This document shows positions 1 through 9,445 of a stretch of DNA of 40,609 bases, in pieces. Position 1 is the first letter of the stretch. Each line of letters starts with the position of its first letter. Under the pieces are notes generated by a model, which saw only the letters and a list, made by a program, of their open reading frames with translations, was not told the origin of the DNA and searched no databases. Made by a program: the position numbers and the translations under genes. Source of the stretch: a virus (lineage: Duplodnaviria; Caudoviricetes). The stretch spans positions 1 to 40,609 of IMG/VR virus record IMGVR_UViG_3300001869_000189. One strand, 5' to 3'.

Positions 1-10
1 ATGTATCACT

Positions 11-95
11 GGAGAGATGGCAGAGTGATCGATTGCAGCGGTCTTGAAAACCGCCGTACTGCAAGGTACCGGGGGTTTGAATCCCTCTCTCTCCG
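11..95 (+). tRNA. tRNA-Ser (anticodon TGA), probable integration target (attL side)
   Basis: Acceptor stem GGAGAGA (11-17)/TCTCTCC (88-94), discriminator G95, anticodon arm GCGGT-CTTGAAA-ACCGC (TGA at 45-47), long variable arm, T arm GGGGG-TTTGAAT-CCCTC; CCA not encoded. Confidence 0.95.
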
Positions 96-108
96 CAAAA
101 TTGTATTT

Positions 109-141
109 AAAACGTTGTATATCAATGATATACAACGTTTT
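109..141 (+). terminator. 16-bp inverted repeat after the tRNA (terminator and/or att accessory-protein site)
   Basis: AAAACGTTGTATATCA-A-TGATATACAACGTTTT followed by a T tract; contains IHF-like TATCAATGATATA. Confidence 0.7.
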
Positions 142-153
142 TTGTTTTTATAC

Positions 154-172
154 TGCGGCAGCAATGCGGCAG
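154..172 (+). repeat. Direct repeat TGCGGCAG x2, candidate integrase arm-type sites
   Basis: TGCGGCAG at 154-161 and 165-172 (11-bp period) between tRNA and integrase start. Confidence 0.5.
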
Positions 173-244
173 TACCTGGTCGAAATCCTCCCAAAAACGA
201 TAAAACGTTGTCAAACAAAAGCTTAATAATGTTTAATTATTAAT

Positions 245-1393
245 ATGACAACAATTAACAACGATTTTACCATCCAATATATCCCAGCGCGAATTTGCGA
301 CGGAAAAGATTTGTGCATTAAATACTATGCCTGGCATCCAATTGAGAAAAAGCTCAAACGCATAGTAATTCGGTTCAACCACCTTAAAGGGAAAATGAAC
401 AAAACGGATTTGACTCGTCATATCCGAAAAATAGCAAACGATATCAACGTAAACCTGGCAGCTGGTCGCAATCCTTTTATTGAGGCAGAAACTCCAAAAG
501 CATTTCATAAGCTAAGCGAAGCGATCGAGTTATTCCTGAAAATGAAAAAACGGGATATGCGTGTGGATGGATTGCGTTCTTATACCTCTTATTGCAAGAA
601 ATTAAATAAATGGTTAGAAGATCATAAACTGAAGGACTGTTTTGTTATATCTTACACCGGTGATATTGCTCTGGAGATGATGAATGAGTTGTCATTAAAT
701 GAAGGATTGAACAATCGTACCTGGAACAATCACTTTGTTTTTTACCGCTCCCTGTGGAACTGGATGATTACAAATAACTATTGCAAAGTGAATGTATTTG
801 AAACATTCAGTAAAAAACGGGAGGATGACAAATTCAGGATGGTTATTCCTGAACTATCACACAATCGGATATCCATGTATTGTAGAAACTTTATGCCGGA
901 AATGGAAATAGTGATTGACTTGGTAAGAGCATCATTTATACGTCCGAAAGAGATTTCATTGATTCAGATTAAAGAAATTGATTTGTTTAAAAAAGTAATA
1001 TTTATCCCGGCATCGAAATCGAAAACGCACCGTGATCGATTTGCCTACCTTCCGGACTGGTTGTGTGCAAAAATAGTCGATACTTTTCAACTTGATCGAT
1101 TCCCGTTGGATGACTATTTTATAGGTAAAGGCCTTAGTCCGGCAAAGACAAATATAAATACCAGGGATATAGATAAATTTTGGAATAAGATACGTAAGGA
1201 TTTAATACTTCCTGACGAAATGCAATTATATAGTTACCGGGATACAGGAATTACCTTTTTGGAGGATGCCGGTATTCAACGAAAAGTAATTCAAAAGCTA
1301 ACGGACCATACAAGCGAAAAAATGGTTGGCAAATATATTGGCCAACCATCTCAAGAACTAATTGATAATGTAGTGAGTAAAATTACGGATTAA
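245..1393 (+). CDS. int: Tyrosine recombinase / phage integrase
   Basis: 382 aa; FIRPKE (Arg), SKSKT (Lys), LYSYRDTG (Y-x-x-R box), LTDH, GKYI (catalytic Tyr); adjacent to tRNA. Confidence 0.93.
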   Translation: MTTINNDFTIQYIPARICDGKDLCIKYYAWHPIEKKLKRIVIRFNHLKGKMNKTDLTRHIRKIANDINVNLAAGRNPFIEAETPKAFHKLSEAIELFLKMKKRDMRVDGLRSYTSYCKKLNKWLEDHKLKDCFVISYTGDIALEMMNELSLNEGLNNRTWNNHFVFYRSLWNWMITNNYCKVNVFETFSKKREDDKFRMVIPELSHNRISMYCRNFMPEMEIVIDLVRASFIRPKEISLIQIKEIDLFKKVIFIPASKSKTHRDRFAYLPDWLCAKIVDTFQLDRFPLDDYFIGKGLSPAKTNINTRDIDKFWNKIRKDLILPDEMQLYSYRDTGITFLEDAGIQRKVIQKLTDHTSEKMVGKYIGQPSQELIDNVVSKITD

Positions 1394-3195
1394 TCCAACA
1401 TCCTGTAAAACTTACCCAATACTGTTTTCTGTTTGTTCGATTTTTCACGCTCAAATGAAATTGGCATATACTTACGATTACTGTATATAAATAGATTATT
1501 AACCGTGATATCGGGGTTGTCTACTACCGTAAAAGCATATTCCATTGAAGTGTCAAGAACTGTTGTATTATAATAATCCTGAACGATATGATTTAATTTC
1601 AGTGTTGTTACAGCCCATAATCTATATACATTTTGTAACCAGGTATGCGAATTATCCAATTTGCAATTAAATTCCGGAGAATCATCAACGTGAGAAAATG
1701 GATATGGGATTGTCAACATGTTACTCAGCGATCTGGCTGTGACATACATACCAATTTTGCCGGTAAACAATGAAACTTCAAGTTGTGATGATCGTGGAAT
1801 ATCTTTCGAAGCTTCAACAGTGGCAATAAATTCGGCAGTAATTGGCAAATAATATGAATTACTGGCAACTGGTAATTGATAAACAGATTGAAATCCTACA
1901 ATTCCTCCTCCTGATAATTCATAGCTTACCTCGTGACTTTTTACCGCCATTGATGCCGGAACTATATCCAATGTCATCACTTTGTCATTATCTGTTCCTA
2001 AACTTTTCATTTTATTGATAAGACAAATATCATAACCTCCTGTTCGGCTTTCGACGGCCCAGGTGATTTCATCAATGAAGAATTCTGAGACTGTCGTAAT
2101 GCCATCTCTATAATCCCGAACAAAATAATCGTTCATTGTAGACAAATCACGGTAAATGATCAGTTTATTCCCAATATCGGCAGTAGCGATAATATAATTT
2201 CGCAATAATGTATAACTGGCATAATCCTTGATTTCACACTTCAACAGAAAATCTTCCGTCAGCTGCTGGTATTTATACCAATTGCTTGTATTCGTTGGAT
2301 AAGTTATCTTAGTCCACTTATACCTGTCAGACAGATTAGAATTAGCGTCAAAAGTGCGTTCGTAACTATCAAGTACTTTAGTTAGTAGTATCGTTTTTTT
2401 AGTAGCGATATTGGTTGACGAACGAACGATATCACAGGTTCTTGTTTTTGGATCAATCACAAAAGATACATTATAACCATTTTCGATTGCCGTAATAAAA
2501 TCGGAAACGGTCATGTCCGGAAGCGCATCGGCATATTTCAATGAGTCAACCGTATTGATCAGATATTCTTGCTTTGCACGTTCATCCAGGTTCATTGCAT
2601 TTTCACCAAGTTTATAACCCAACAATTCTGGCAATTTATTGACGAAGTACAACAAATAAGGTTGCATAATTATCTTACCGTCAATGCCATTAATCACATA
2701 AGAATTTGCTTGTATATCCAGTGTGTAATGATTCAGGATTTCATCTCCAACTAACACTGGGGTGCAAACGAAACCATTTGTATAACTTGGAGTTGTTATA
2801 CTATTCAACGCCTTGGCATAATCAATTGGAGTTGGGACTGAGCCAAAGTCCAATTCCCAAATCTTTTTCTCATTTTTTGCAATATACTTAAGCTCGGAAT
2901 TGCCTGCAATAAATTGAAACGGAACTTCAATATCAGTATTCTTTGAAACAATGATAGTTCCTGAGTGAACTACACCATCAATGATAAGGCGCGCATCTGC
3001 TGTTTTTATGATTGTTGTTATGTTCAAGCGGTTCAGGAACTCAAAAGCAATCGCATTTTGTGCCTCCAATAACGATACGGTCATATCTAAAGAAAATTCA
3101 CCATTAGTCGTTATCTCCGGATTTTGTTCGTTCCAGTTGAAACTGAAATCATCCGGAAGAAGTAATTCCCTATTTTTTACAAAAAACTGTATCAT
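1390..3195 (-). CDS. Tail tip / baseplate hub-like structural protein
   Basis: 601 aa, coupled directly downstream of tape measure; function inferred from position. Confidence 0.6.
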   Translation of the reverse strand: MIQFFVKNRELLLPDDFSFNWNEQNPEITTNGEFSLDMTVSLLEAQNAIAFEFLNRLNITTIIKTADARLIIDGVVHSGTIIVSKNTDIEVPFQFIAGNSELKYIAKNEKKIWELDFGSVPTPIDYAKALNSITTPSYTNGFVCTPVLVGDEILNHYTLDIQANSYVINGIDGKIIMQPYLLYFVNKLPELLGYKLGENAMNLDERAKQEYLINTVDSLKYADALPDMTVSDFITAIENGYNVSFVIDPKTRTCDIVRSSTNIATKKTILLTKVLDSYERTFDANSNLSDRYKWTKITYPTNTSNWYKYQQLTEDFLLKCEIKDYASYTLLRNYIIATADIGNKLIIYRDLSTMNDYFVRDYRDGITTVSEFFIDEITWAVESRTGGYDICLINKMKSLGTDNDKVMTLDIVPASMAVKSHEVSYELSGGGIVGFQSVYQLPVASNSYYLPITAEFIATVEASKDIPRSSQLEVSLFTGKIGMYVTARSLSNMLTIPYPFSHVDDSPEFNCKLDNSHTWLQNVYRLWAVTTLKLNHIVQDYYNTTVLDTSMEYAFTVVDNPDITVNNLFIYSNRKYMPISFEREKSNKQKTVLGKFYRMLD

Positions 3196-6100
3196 CCTTG
3201 TGCATTTTTAATTAGTTGGTTGTATTCATCAAGTTTTTGTGCCACTCCATTTCTTCCGGAAATACTCAAATCAGTTTTAATCCCTTTTTGAATTTCTGCT
3301 AATAATGAGGTTATTACAGAATTATTCCCCTGCATGGCCATTTGAATTGCCCAGGCTAATTCTTCCTTACTGATACCAGAACCACCACCAGTACCGGCCG
3401 CTTGCATTGCTGAAGCATATCCACCATCTGCAAAACCTTTTCGAACTCCAACTACCCGGGCAATATCTTCATTAGTGATCCGAGCCACTGTGTTTGTTTT
3501 TTGAGCGTGGTCAATCAGGTTAAATACCTTCCGCATGGGCGTACTGCGTACTGCGTCCTGATTGGCAACGAACTCACCGGCGTGAACAATACCGGCAGGT
3601 TTATATTTATCACCTGGTTCAGTAAAACCACCTGTATAGAGTTGCTGAACGGCAGTACGTTGTTCATTGGCTACTGCAATTTGAGCTAATCCGGTAAGTC
3701 CGATCAATCCGGCTGCAATAGGGCCGGCAATAGGTCCTAAATCTGCCAATGCTTTCATTATTGCCACTGCTGTATTAGCACTGATTTGAGCTACACTGAT
3801 TGCAAAGTTCGTATCAGCATATTTCTTCTGAACCTTTACTTTTTCGGCTGCAATTTCTTCCTCAATTCGGGTGGTTTCTTCTGAATTACCCTTTGCTGCC
3901 TTCAGTTCGGCTGCGTATTTATTGTCTACCGATAACATTTCAGTTTCCTGAATGGCAGCAACAAGGTTTCCGGCAGCTTGAGTGATTTCGGCAATGTCTT
4001 CAGCTACTTTTTTAGCTTGAGTAAGTTTTATTTTGGCGATATCGCTTTCATAGCGTTTTACTGAAGCTGCTTTTTTCTTAGCATCCTTTTCATATAGAAC
4101 AAGTTCTTTTTTATGGGCTTCCTCAAGGTCTTTTAAATCCTGCTCATATTCTTTCCGTTTATCCTTATACGAGTTAATGCCATATTTTTTTTCAATCTCC
4201 TTGATTTCTTTTTCAATCTCCTTTTTGTCGGCAATACTTTTACGGAGAATTTTCTTTTCTACTTCGCTTAAATCCTTGTCAGCGGCTTCTATTTCTTTAT
4301 TGGAAGCTTCAATGGCATCTACTCTTTCCTTATCTGATTTGTAATGAAAGGATGCAATGTCCCTGGCATGTTCTTTAGCGGCATCTAACCGAGCTTCAGC
4401 AAGAACCTTATCCAGGGCCATAATTTTATTGTCATGTTCATCTTGAGTATCGACCTCATTTTGCAAATCAAGTTCAATCTGATCACGTTGAGCATTGTCA
4501 TATAATACGATTGCATTTATCCTGGCATCCTGCAACGCCTTCATTGACTCCAAACTCAATTTTTCTGCATCGTCCTGACGTTTTAGTTTGATATCTTCAA
4601 TTTGATTCTGATAATCAAGATATTCCTTATCTGATTTTTTGTACACATCCCGTTTTTTACCCAGGGCTTTTTCATTCAGATCAACCATCTTTTTTGCATA
4701 TACTTCCTCACTGTCAAGATTGGATTCATGGCGTTTTTTGAGTTTGATTTGTTCTTCAGTCAACCATATATCAATTGCATCCAATTCTTTTTGTTGTTGG
4801 GCTTTTAGTTCTTTATCAGTTGGATCAGTTGGAGTTCCCTTGGGGACATTTGCCGGTTTAGGTTTTTTACTCAATTCATTGAACTTCAAATTAGCATATT
4901 TAAAAGCAGCATTCGCCTGTACGATTTGATTATTGTAAAATTCGGACTGCTCAGAATTTCCATCCGCTATTGCATTTCTCCTTTTTTCTGAAATATCTTT
5001 CATTGTTGATTTCCATATGCGCATCTGACCTTCATAATAGGCAGGTGTATTCATTTCATCCGATTGAGCATTATTATCAACTACTTTCGTTTTTAACTCA
5101 GTAGCTTTTGCTTTGTAGTTTTTAATATCGGCATTCAATTTTGCATCTTCCGCTTCCAATTTCTTTATTTCTTTGTCATGATCGTTAGTCCCATCGTTGC
5201 GTAACTCTTTTAATTTTTCTTGAATTTCGAGTTGCCTGGTCATTGCTTTTACAGCTGCATTCTCAAACGACTGACTTTTTGCACTCAGCGCAACGTTCTG
5301 CAGGCGTAAATCATATTGTTCGTTTACGTCTGCCAATGCTGCAATTAGCAGTTCATTCGACACTTTTTCTTTGTCAATAAAAGAAATAAAGCCAGGGAAC
5401 TTCTTGTTTAATTCGTCAATCAACCGGCTACGGGTTGCCTCATTATTATTTGTATTGGTAATTGCCACAACGAGTCCCTCCAGTTCGGCCTTATTTTGCA
5501 ATAAGGCTTTTGAATTTTGTTCCAGAAGTTGTGTCTGATCATCCATTATCTCCTTATAAATTTGAGTAGCCTTTTTATTTTCTTCGTTGGCTTCCCTCCA
5601 TTTATATAAGGCTATGACAATGGCTGCAATGGCTACACCTACGGCAATGAATGGATTAAGTCCTAATGTTGCAAAGAATTCCTTTGTAGCTAAATTAGCC
5701 ACACGGGTTGCACCGGTAAGGTAACCGGTTACGGCTACTTGCGCCAGGGTTGCAGCTGTAGTGGCTGCCGTCCAGGCTACTTTTAATTTTTCAAGCACCA
5801 TTTGTGCCTGAGTAGCAATCCATGCTCTGTTAACCGCAATTGCATAAATGGTCATGGTTGTTGCCAATGTCAATAATAACCCTTTGTTTTCTTTCAACCA
5901 CATAGGAAGCTGAGATAAAGCTTTGATCATGTATACAGCTGCATTGGTAGAATGCAGGAAAGCCGGAGAAAGTGATTTTCCTAATGTTTCGCTTGCATCC
6001 AAAAAAGCCTTTTTAGATTTATCCACTTTGGCTTGCATGGTGTTGTTTTGAATTTCAAATTCTTTGACAACAGATGTTCCGGCATTGAACGATTTTAGTG

Positions 6101-7379
6101 CAAGTGATTGCTCCGTGCCTAAGCTTTTATATTTACTGGCCAAAATAGTGATTACACTGGCAGCCCTGGCACCGTCAGCACCAAGGTCTGAAAACAAAGG
6201 AGCTAAATCAATCAAGCCACCTTTTTTATTCAACTGCTCAAAAACCATCAACAGGGCTGCATTCATATCTTCACCAACTGCTTTCTTCAATTTTGCAGCC
6301 GGGATACCAATCGCTTTGGCAATACTTTCTGATTTAGTGGCCAACGTACCGATAAACTTATTCATGGCCGTAGCACTCATTTCTACCTGTTGAGCGTTCT
6401 GATCCAAAACAGAACCGAAACCAATAATTTGAGGAATAGTCATGCCGGCAGCAACACCCATACCCGAAAGTCGGTTAGTAAATTCAAGCAAATAAGATTC
6501 AGAGGCTGTACTTTTTTGGCCAACCTCATTTATTGCGGACCCAACGGCTAACATAGATTTTTCCATGCCCATTTTCTCTTGGACTCCGAACATATAGGTA
6601 AGCTTACCGATATTCTTCACAGCATCCGCGCCCAGGTCATCACCCAACGATACCTGGATAATATCAGCAGCTTTGGCGAATTGTAATAAATTATCTTTAC
6701 CCTCTACCCCTAACTTACCGGCTTCACCCATTAACCGGTTCAGTTCATCACGGGCGGTGCGGGTATCCATTTTTTTCAGTTCATCATTTAGCCCGGCAAC
6801 ACCGGCGGCACTTTCGCCTGTATATTTTTGAACCTGACCATAAATATCACTCATTCGAGCGGCTTCCATAGCTGCCGATTTCAATCCTAAAACTACACCC
6901 AGTAGAGCAGCTGCTCCAGCTGCAAACATTTGCCATGATTTGTTGATAAAGTTGGCAAGCTTTGTAAAGGCACTTTCAGTAACTTTCGACTCGCTACTGA
7001 TAGCCGACATTTCAGTTTTTACCGATCTCAATTGCGCCTGCAGTTCTTTCCACTCTTTCGAGTTCCGGACAATGGCAGGACTAGCAAGTTGTTTATCAAT
7101 TTCTTTTTTGGCTTTTACTAAATCAGCCATGGATGCACCTGACAAGTTATCCAATACCGTTTTCACATCAAATGCCTCTTTGGCCATTTGCTTCATTTGC
7201 TTATTGGTTGCAGTCAGCTCCTTGGAAAGTTTCTCGAATGCCTTACCGTCACCGGCTTCATTGGCTTCCACTAAACGCATTCTTAGGTTTTGTGCTTTCT
7301 GTGCGAGTGCGGTTAATTCCTGTTTTGCCTGCTCCCCATTGAGGTGTACGGTACTATTTGCTGTTTCGTTTTGTGACAT
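3192..7379 (-). CDS. Phage tail tape measure protein
   Basis: 1395 aa, Ala/Lys-rich coiled coil, TP901-like core (QVQKYTG...LMGEAGKLG), hydrophobic stretches, C-terminal GGFT...PAGIVHAGEFV motif. Confidence 0.92.
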   Translation of the reverse strand: MSQNETANSTVHLNGEQAKQELTALAQKAQNLRMRLVEANEAGDGKAFEKLSKELTATNKQMKQMAKEAFDVKTVLDNLSGASMADLVKAKKEIDKQLASPAIVRNSKEWKELQAQLRSVKTEMSAISSESKVTESAFTKLANFINKSWQMFAAGAAALLGVVLGLKSAAMEAARMSDIYGQVQKYTGESAAGVAGLNDELKKMDTRTARDELNRLMGEAGKLGVEGKDNLLQFAKAADIIQVSLGDDLGADAVKNIGKLTYMFGVQEKMGMEKSMLAVGSAINEVGQKSTASESYLLEFTNRLSGMGVAAGMTIPQIIGFGSVLDQNAQQVEMSATAMNKFIGTLATKSESIAKAIGIPAAKLKKAVGEDMNAALLMVFEQLNKKGGLIDLAPLFSDLGADGARAASVITILASKYKSLGTEQSLALKSFNAGTSVVKEFEIQNNTMQAKVDKSKKAFLDASETLGKSLSPAFLHSTNAAVYMIKALSQLPMWLKENKGLLLTLATTMTIYAIAVNRAWIATQAQMVLEKLKVAWTAATTAATLAQVAVTGYLTGATRVANLATKEFFATLGLNPFIAVGVAIAAIVIALYKWREANEENKKATQIYKEIMDDQTQLLEQNSKALLQNKAELEGLVVAITNTNNNEATRSRLIDELNKKFPGFISFIDKEKVSNELLIAALADVNEQYDLRLQNVALSAKSQSFENAAVKAMTRQLEIQEKLKELRNDGTNDHDKEIKKLEAEDAKLNADIKNYKAKATELKTKVVDNNAQSDEMNTPAYYEGQMRIWKSTMKDISEKRRNAIADGNSEQSEFYNNQIVQANAAFKYANLKFNELSKKPKPANVPKGTPTDPTDKELKAQQQKELDAIDIWLTEEQIKLKKRHESNLDSEEVYAKKMVDLNEKALGKKRDVYKKSDKEYLDYQNQIEDIKLKRQDDAEKLSLESMKALQDARINAIVLYDNAQRDQIELDLQNEVDTQDEHDNKIMALDKVLAEARLDAAKEHARDIASFHYKSDKERVDAIEASNKEIEAADKDLSEVEKKILRKSIADKKEIEKEIKEIEKKYGINSYKDKRKEYEQDLKDLEEAHKKELVLYEKDAKKKAASVKRYESDIAKIKLTQAKKVAEDIAEITQAAGNLVAAIQETEMLSVDNKYAAELKAAKGNSEETTRIEEEIAAEKVKVQKKYADTNFAISVAQISANTAVAIMKALADLGPIAGPIAAGLIGLTGLAQIAVANEQRTAVQQLYTGGFTEPGDKYKPAGIVHAGEFVANQDAVRSTPMRKVFNLIDHAQKTNTVARITNEDIARVVGVRKGFADGGYASAMQAAGTGGGSGISKEELAWAIQMAMQGNNSVITSLLAEIQKGIKTDLSISGRNGVAQKLDEYNQLIKNAQG

Positions 7380-7398
7380 AACTTTGAGTTTAGTTATG

Positions 7399-7434
7399 CA
7401 AATGAAACCAATAGGCAGGATGAGAAAAAAGACA
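7399..7434 (-). promoter_or_regulatory. Candidate phage late promoter, copy 1 (tape measure operon)
   Basis: Minus strand TGTCTTTTTT-N18-TTCATTTG, 19 nt before the TMP ATG; one of five identically spaced copies. Confidence 0.7.
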
Positions 7435-7470
7435 AAAAAAACCGTCCTAATCTCACGATCCGGAACGGTT
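7434..7470 (-). terminator. Rho-independent terminator after lysis cassette
   Basis: Minus strand AACCGTTCCGGATC-GTGA-GATTAGGACGGTT followed by a T tract. Confidence 0.8.
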
Positions 7471-7520
7471 TATCAACTTAACTTTAAAATCTAATACTAT
7501 GAAATCAAAAAAAGAACAAA

Positions 7521-8132
7521 CTATTTTTTCAATCGAAACAAATTCAATATCCATACAAATAATTTAGTATGCCAGTTGAATTTTACTATAAACCATACCA
7601 ATACAGGAGTCAAAATCCCAATAAGTACCCAGAACCACCAATAATTCACCGGAACTTCTTTACTTACCGTATTACTTTTCAGATTTGCATTCACTTTTTG
7701 TAAACTATCAATGCGCTGCTGAAGTTCCAGTTTATATTCAGTCTCAATATCTGTATTTTGCGACTTATTAGTTTGTGAAGCTTCACCCTGATTGGTCTGC
7801 TTTGAATTATCAGTTTTATTGGTTATAGTCAAATCACTGGCGATGGGAGGTGTACCGGTTGTCGGGTCAATAGGTTTAGAAGTATCGTATGTGCGAAGCC
7901 TGGCTTCATACTGAGCCGTCAGTTTCTCAATTTGTGCCAAATACTTCTGAGCACTGGAGTCAACTACAACGGTCGATTTATCTACCGTTTTACCCGATTC
8001 TTTTACTTCAGTATTTTTTGACACTTCCGTTTTCGTGTCGATATTGGATTTTACATCCGATGTTGTAATTTTTTTAGTTCCGGAACAACTGGCCAGAATC
8101 ATAAGAACGAGGAATAATATTACTTTTTTCAT
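7521..8132 (-). CDS. Lipoprotein with C-terminal transmembrane helix; candidate unimolecular spanin
   Basis: Signal peptide with lipobox LASC; C-terminal WWFWVLIGILTPVLVWFIV; follows holin and endolysin. Confidence 0.7.
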   Translation of the reverse strand: MKKVILFLVLMILASCSGTKKITTSDVKSNIDTKTEVSKNTEVKESGKTVDKSTVVVDSSAQKYLAQIEKLTAQYEARLRTYDTSKPIDPTTGTPPIASDLTITNKTDNSKQTNQGEASQTNKSQNTDIETEYKLELQQRIDSLQKVNANLKSNTVSKEVPVNYWWFWVLIGILTPVLVWFIVKFNWHTKLFVWILNLFRLKK

Positions 8133-8695
8133 AATCTTTTGTATTTTTCGTAAGCGTTTTTCATTGAAATATCGTAAGGTTCACGGCCATACTTAGCCGC
8201 TAAGGCTCTAAATCCGGAACCGTTGTAAATGCTGGCAACACCATCCCAATCGTGCGCCTTGAGTGCTGATTGTAGCTTAATGTCCGTACTGATAAACTTG
8301 CAAATCTGCCAAATCTGACGCTCCAGGCTCAATTTTGCATCATTCCACATGGCGTGAACTGATTCGTAGCCCAGGCGTTTCCAGTGAAAGCCCATAATTT
8401 GTCCTAATCCGATGGATGTACATTCGAGTGCAGCCTCTCTATTCAACCTAAAGGCATCATTGAAAGCCATCCATTCTTTGGATTGTACATCAACTTTATT
8501 GACGGACCATAATCCGGAAGGTGCGTAATGGGTAACTTTTCGATACCAAGCCGGTTCAAACTGGATCAGTATTTTTCCGGTATCTTCAGCAAAACCACGA
8601 CCACCGGTTTCCACTTCCATGAATGCCATGATCGCAGCTGCTTCAATCTTGAATGGCATGGCTTCCATTCTTACCATGGTAAGTAATTCTTTCAT
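8129..8695 (-). CDS. Endolysin, N-acetylmuramidase (DUF3380-like)
   Basis: Motifs VETGGRGF, ILIQFEP, TSIGLGQIMGFHW, YNG; between holin and lipoprotein. Confidence 0.88.
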   Translation of the reverse strand: MKELLTMVRMEAMPFKIEAAAIMAFMEVETGGRGFAEDTGKILIQFEPAWYRKVTHYAPSGLWSVNKVDVQSKEWMAFNDAFRLNREAALECTSIGLGQIMGFHWKRLGYESVHAMWNDAKLSLERQIWQICKFISTDIKLQSALKAHDWDGVASIYNGSGFRALAAKYGREPYDISMKNAYEKYKRL

Positions 8696-9198
8696 TTCGC
8701 TTCCTCCTTAGTTTCTAATCCGGATAAATCAATATCAAAGTGCCTTTCTGCCTTATCGATCATGACCTTTTGCAAAACCTTTGCCCATTTAGAGTCGCTG
8801 CACGAGCTTTCATTCTCAAGCATCGACCAAAGTTCTTTGAAGCATACCAGGAATGCAACATAATTAGCCAGGTAAATATCCTTATACATTACTAAAATGT
8901 ACTTTTCGACAAGAAATGCCAGGCAGATTAATGCCAGGGCAATTAGCGAAGTGATAAGGACCTTCCCGAACTTACTCGATTGAAATTTCCCGCTTGCTTT
9001 TCCTGTTTTTTTCTTTACCCTGCGTGCCAGGCGATACGATGTGATGCAATCACCGATTATGAAAGCCATTGAAATTAAAATAAATGGGAGTGCCGGCTCA
9101 AGAACTACAAGTAGGCTGGCCAGAATCGAAAAACTCCATTTAAAAAGTTCTGCTAAATGGCAGATAATCCACTTGTAAATTAGTTGTAGATAGGACAT
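8692..9198 (-). CDS. Phage holin (holin family 4-like)
   Basis: Several TM helices, FQSSKFGKV and ELWSMLEN motifs, charged C-terminus; directly upstream of endolysin. Confidence 0.85.
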   Translation of the reverse strand: MSYLQLIYKWIICHLAELFKWSFSILASLLVVLEPALPFILISMAFIIGDCITSYRLARRVKKKTGKASGKFQSSKFGKVLITSLIALALICLAFLVEKYILVMYKDIYLANYVAFLVCFKELWSMLENESSCSDSKWAKVLQKVMIDKAERHFDIDLSGLETKEEAK

Positions 9199-9229
9199 AA
9201 TTATGAATGATTTAATTGATTAGTTTAGT

Positions 9230-9445
9230 TTACATTACCTGATAAAACATTATTGATTGCTCACTATTTTTCAGAATATCACCATTGATGCCAATAGTTG
9301 TAATTTTCCCTGTAAAATAATTCTTAGGAGGTATTACTCCATAGTCTTCTACTATCCCAACTGATATTATTTTACTTTTCAACCTAGTTACAGGCGGTAT
9401 TATTCCCATATCGAGAATAATTCCAATTGAATTAATACGAATCAT
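9230..9445 (-). CDS. Hypothetical protein in tail-fibre cassette
   Basis: 71 aa, 4-nt overlap with upstream gene; internal repeat (SIGIILDMGIIPP / SVGIVEDYGVIPP / TIGINGD). Confidence 0.55.
   Translation of the reverse strand: MIRINSIGIILDMGIIPPVTRLKSKIISVGIVEDYGVIPPKNYFTGKITTIGINGDILKNSEQSIMFYQVM

Noticed and set aside
1-243. Short ORFs 1..243, 6..218 and 44..226
   Set aside because: They overlap the tRNA and att region.
7380-7520. Frameshifted tail-chaperone (G/GT) pair upstream of tape measure
   Set aside because: The region holds only a terminator and a promoter-like motif; no chaperone ORFs adjoin TMP.
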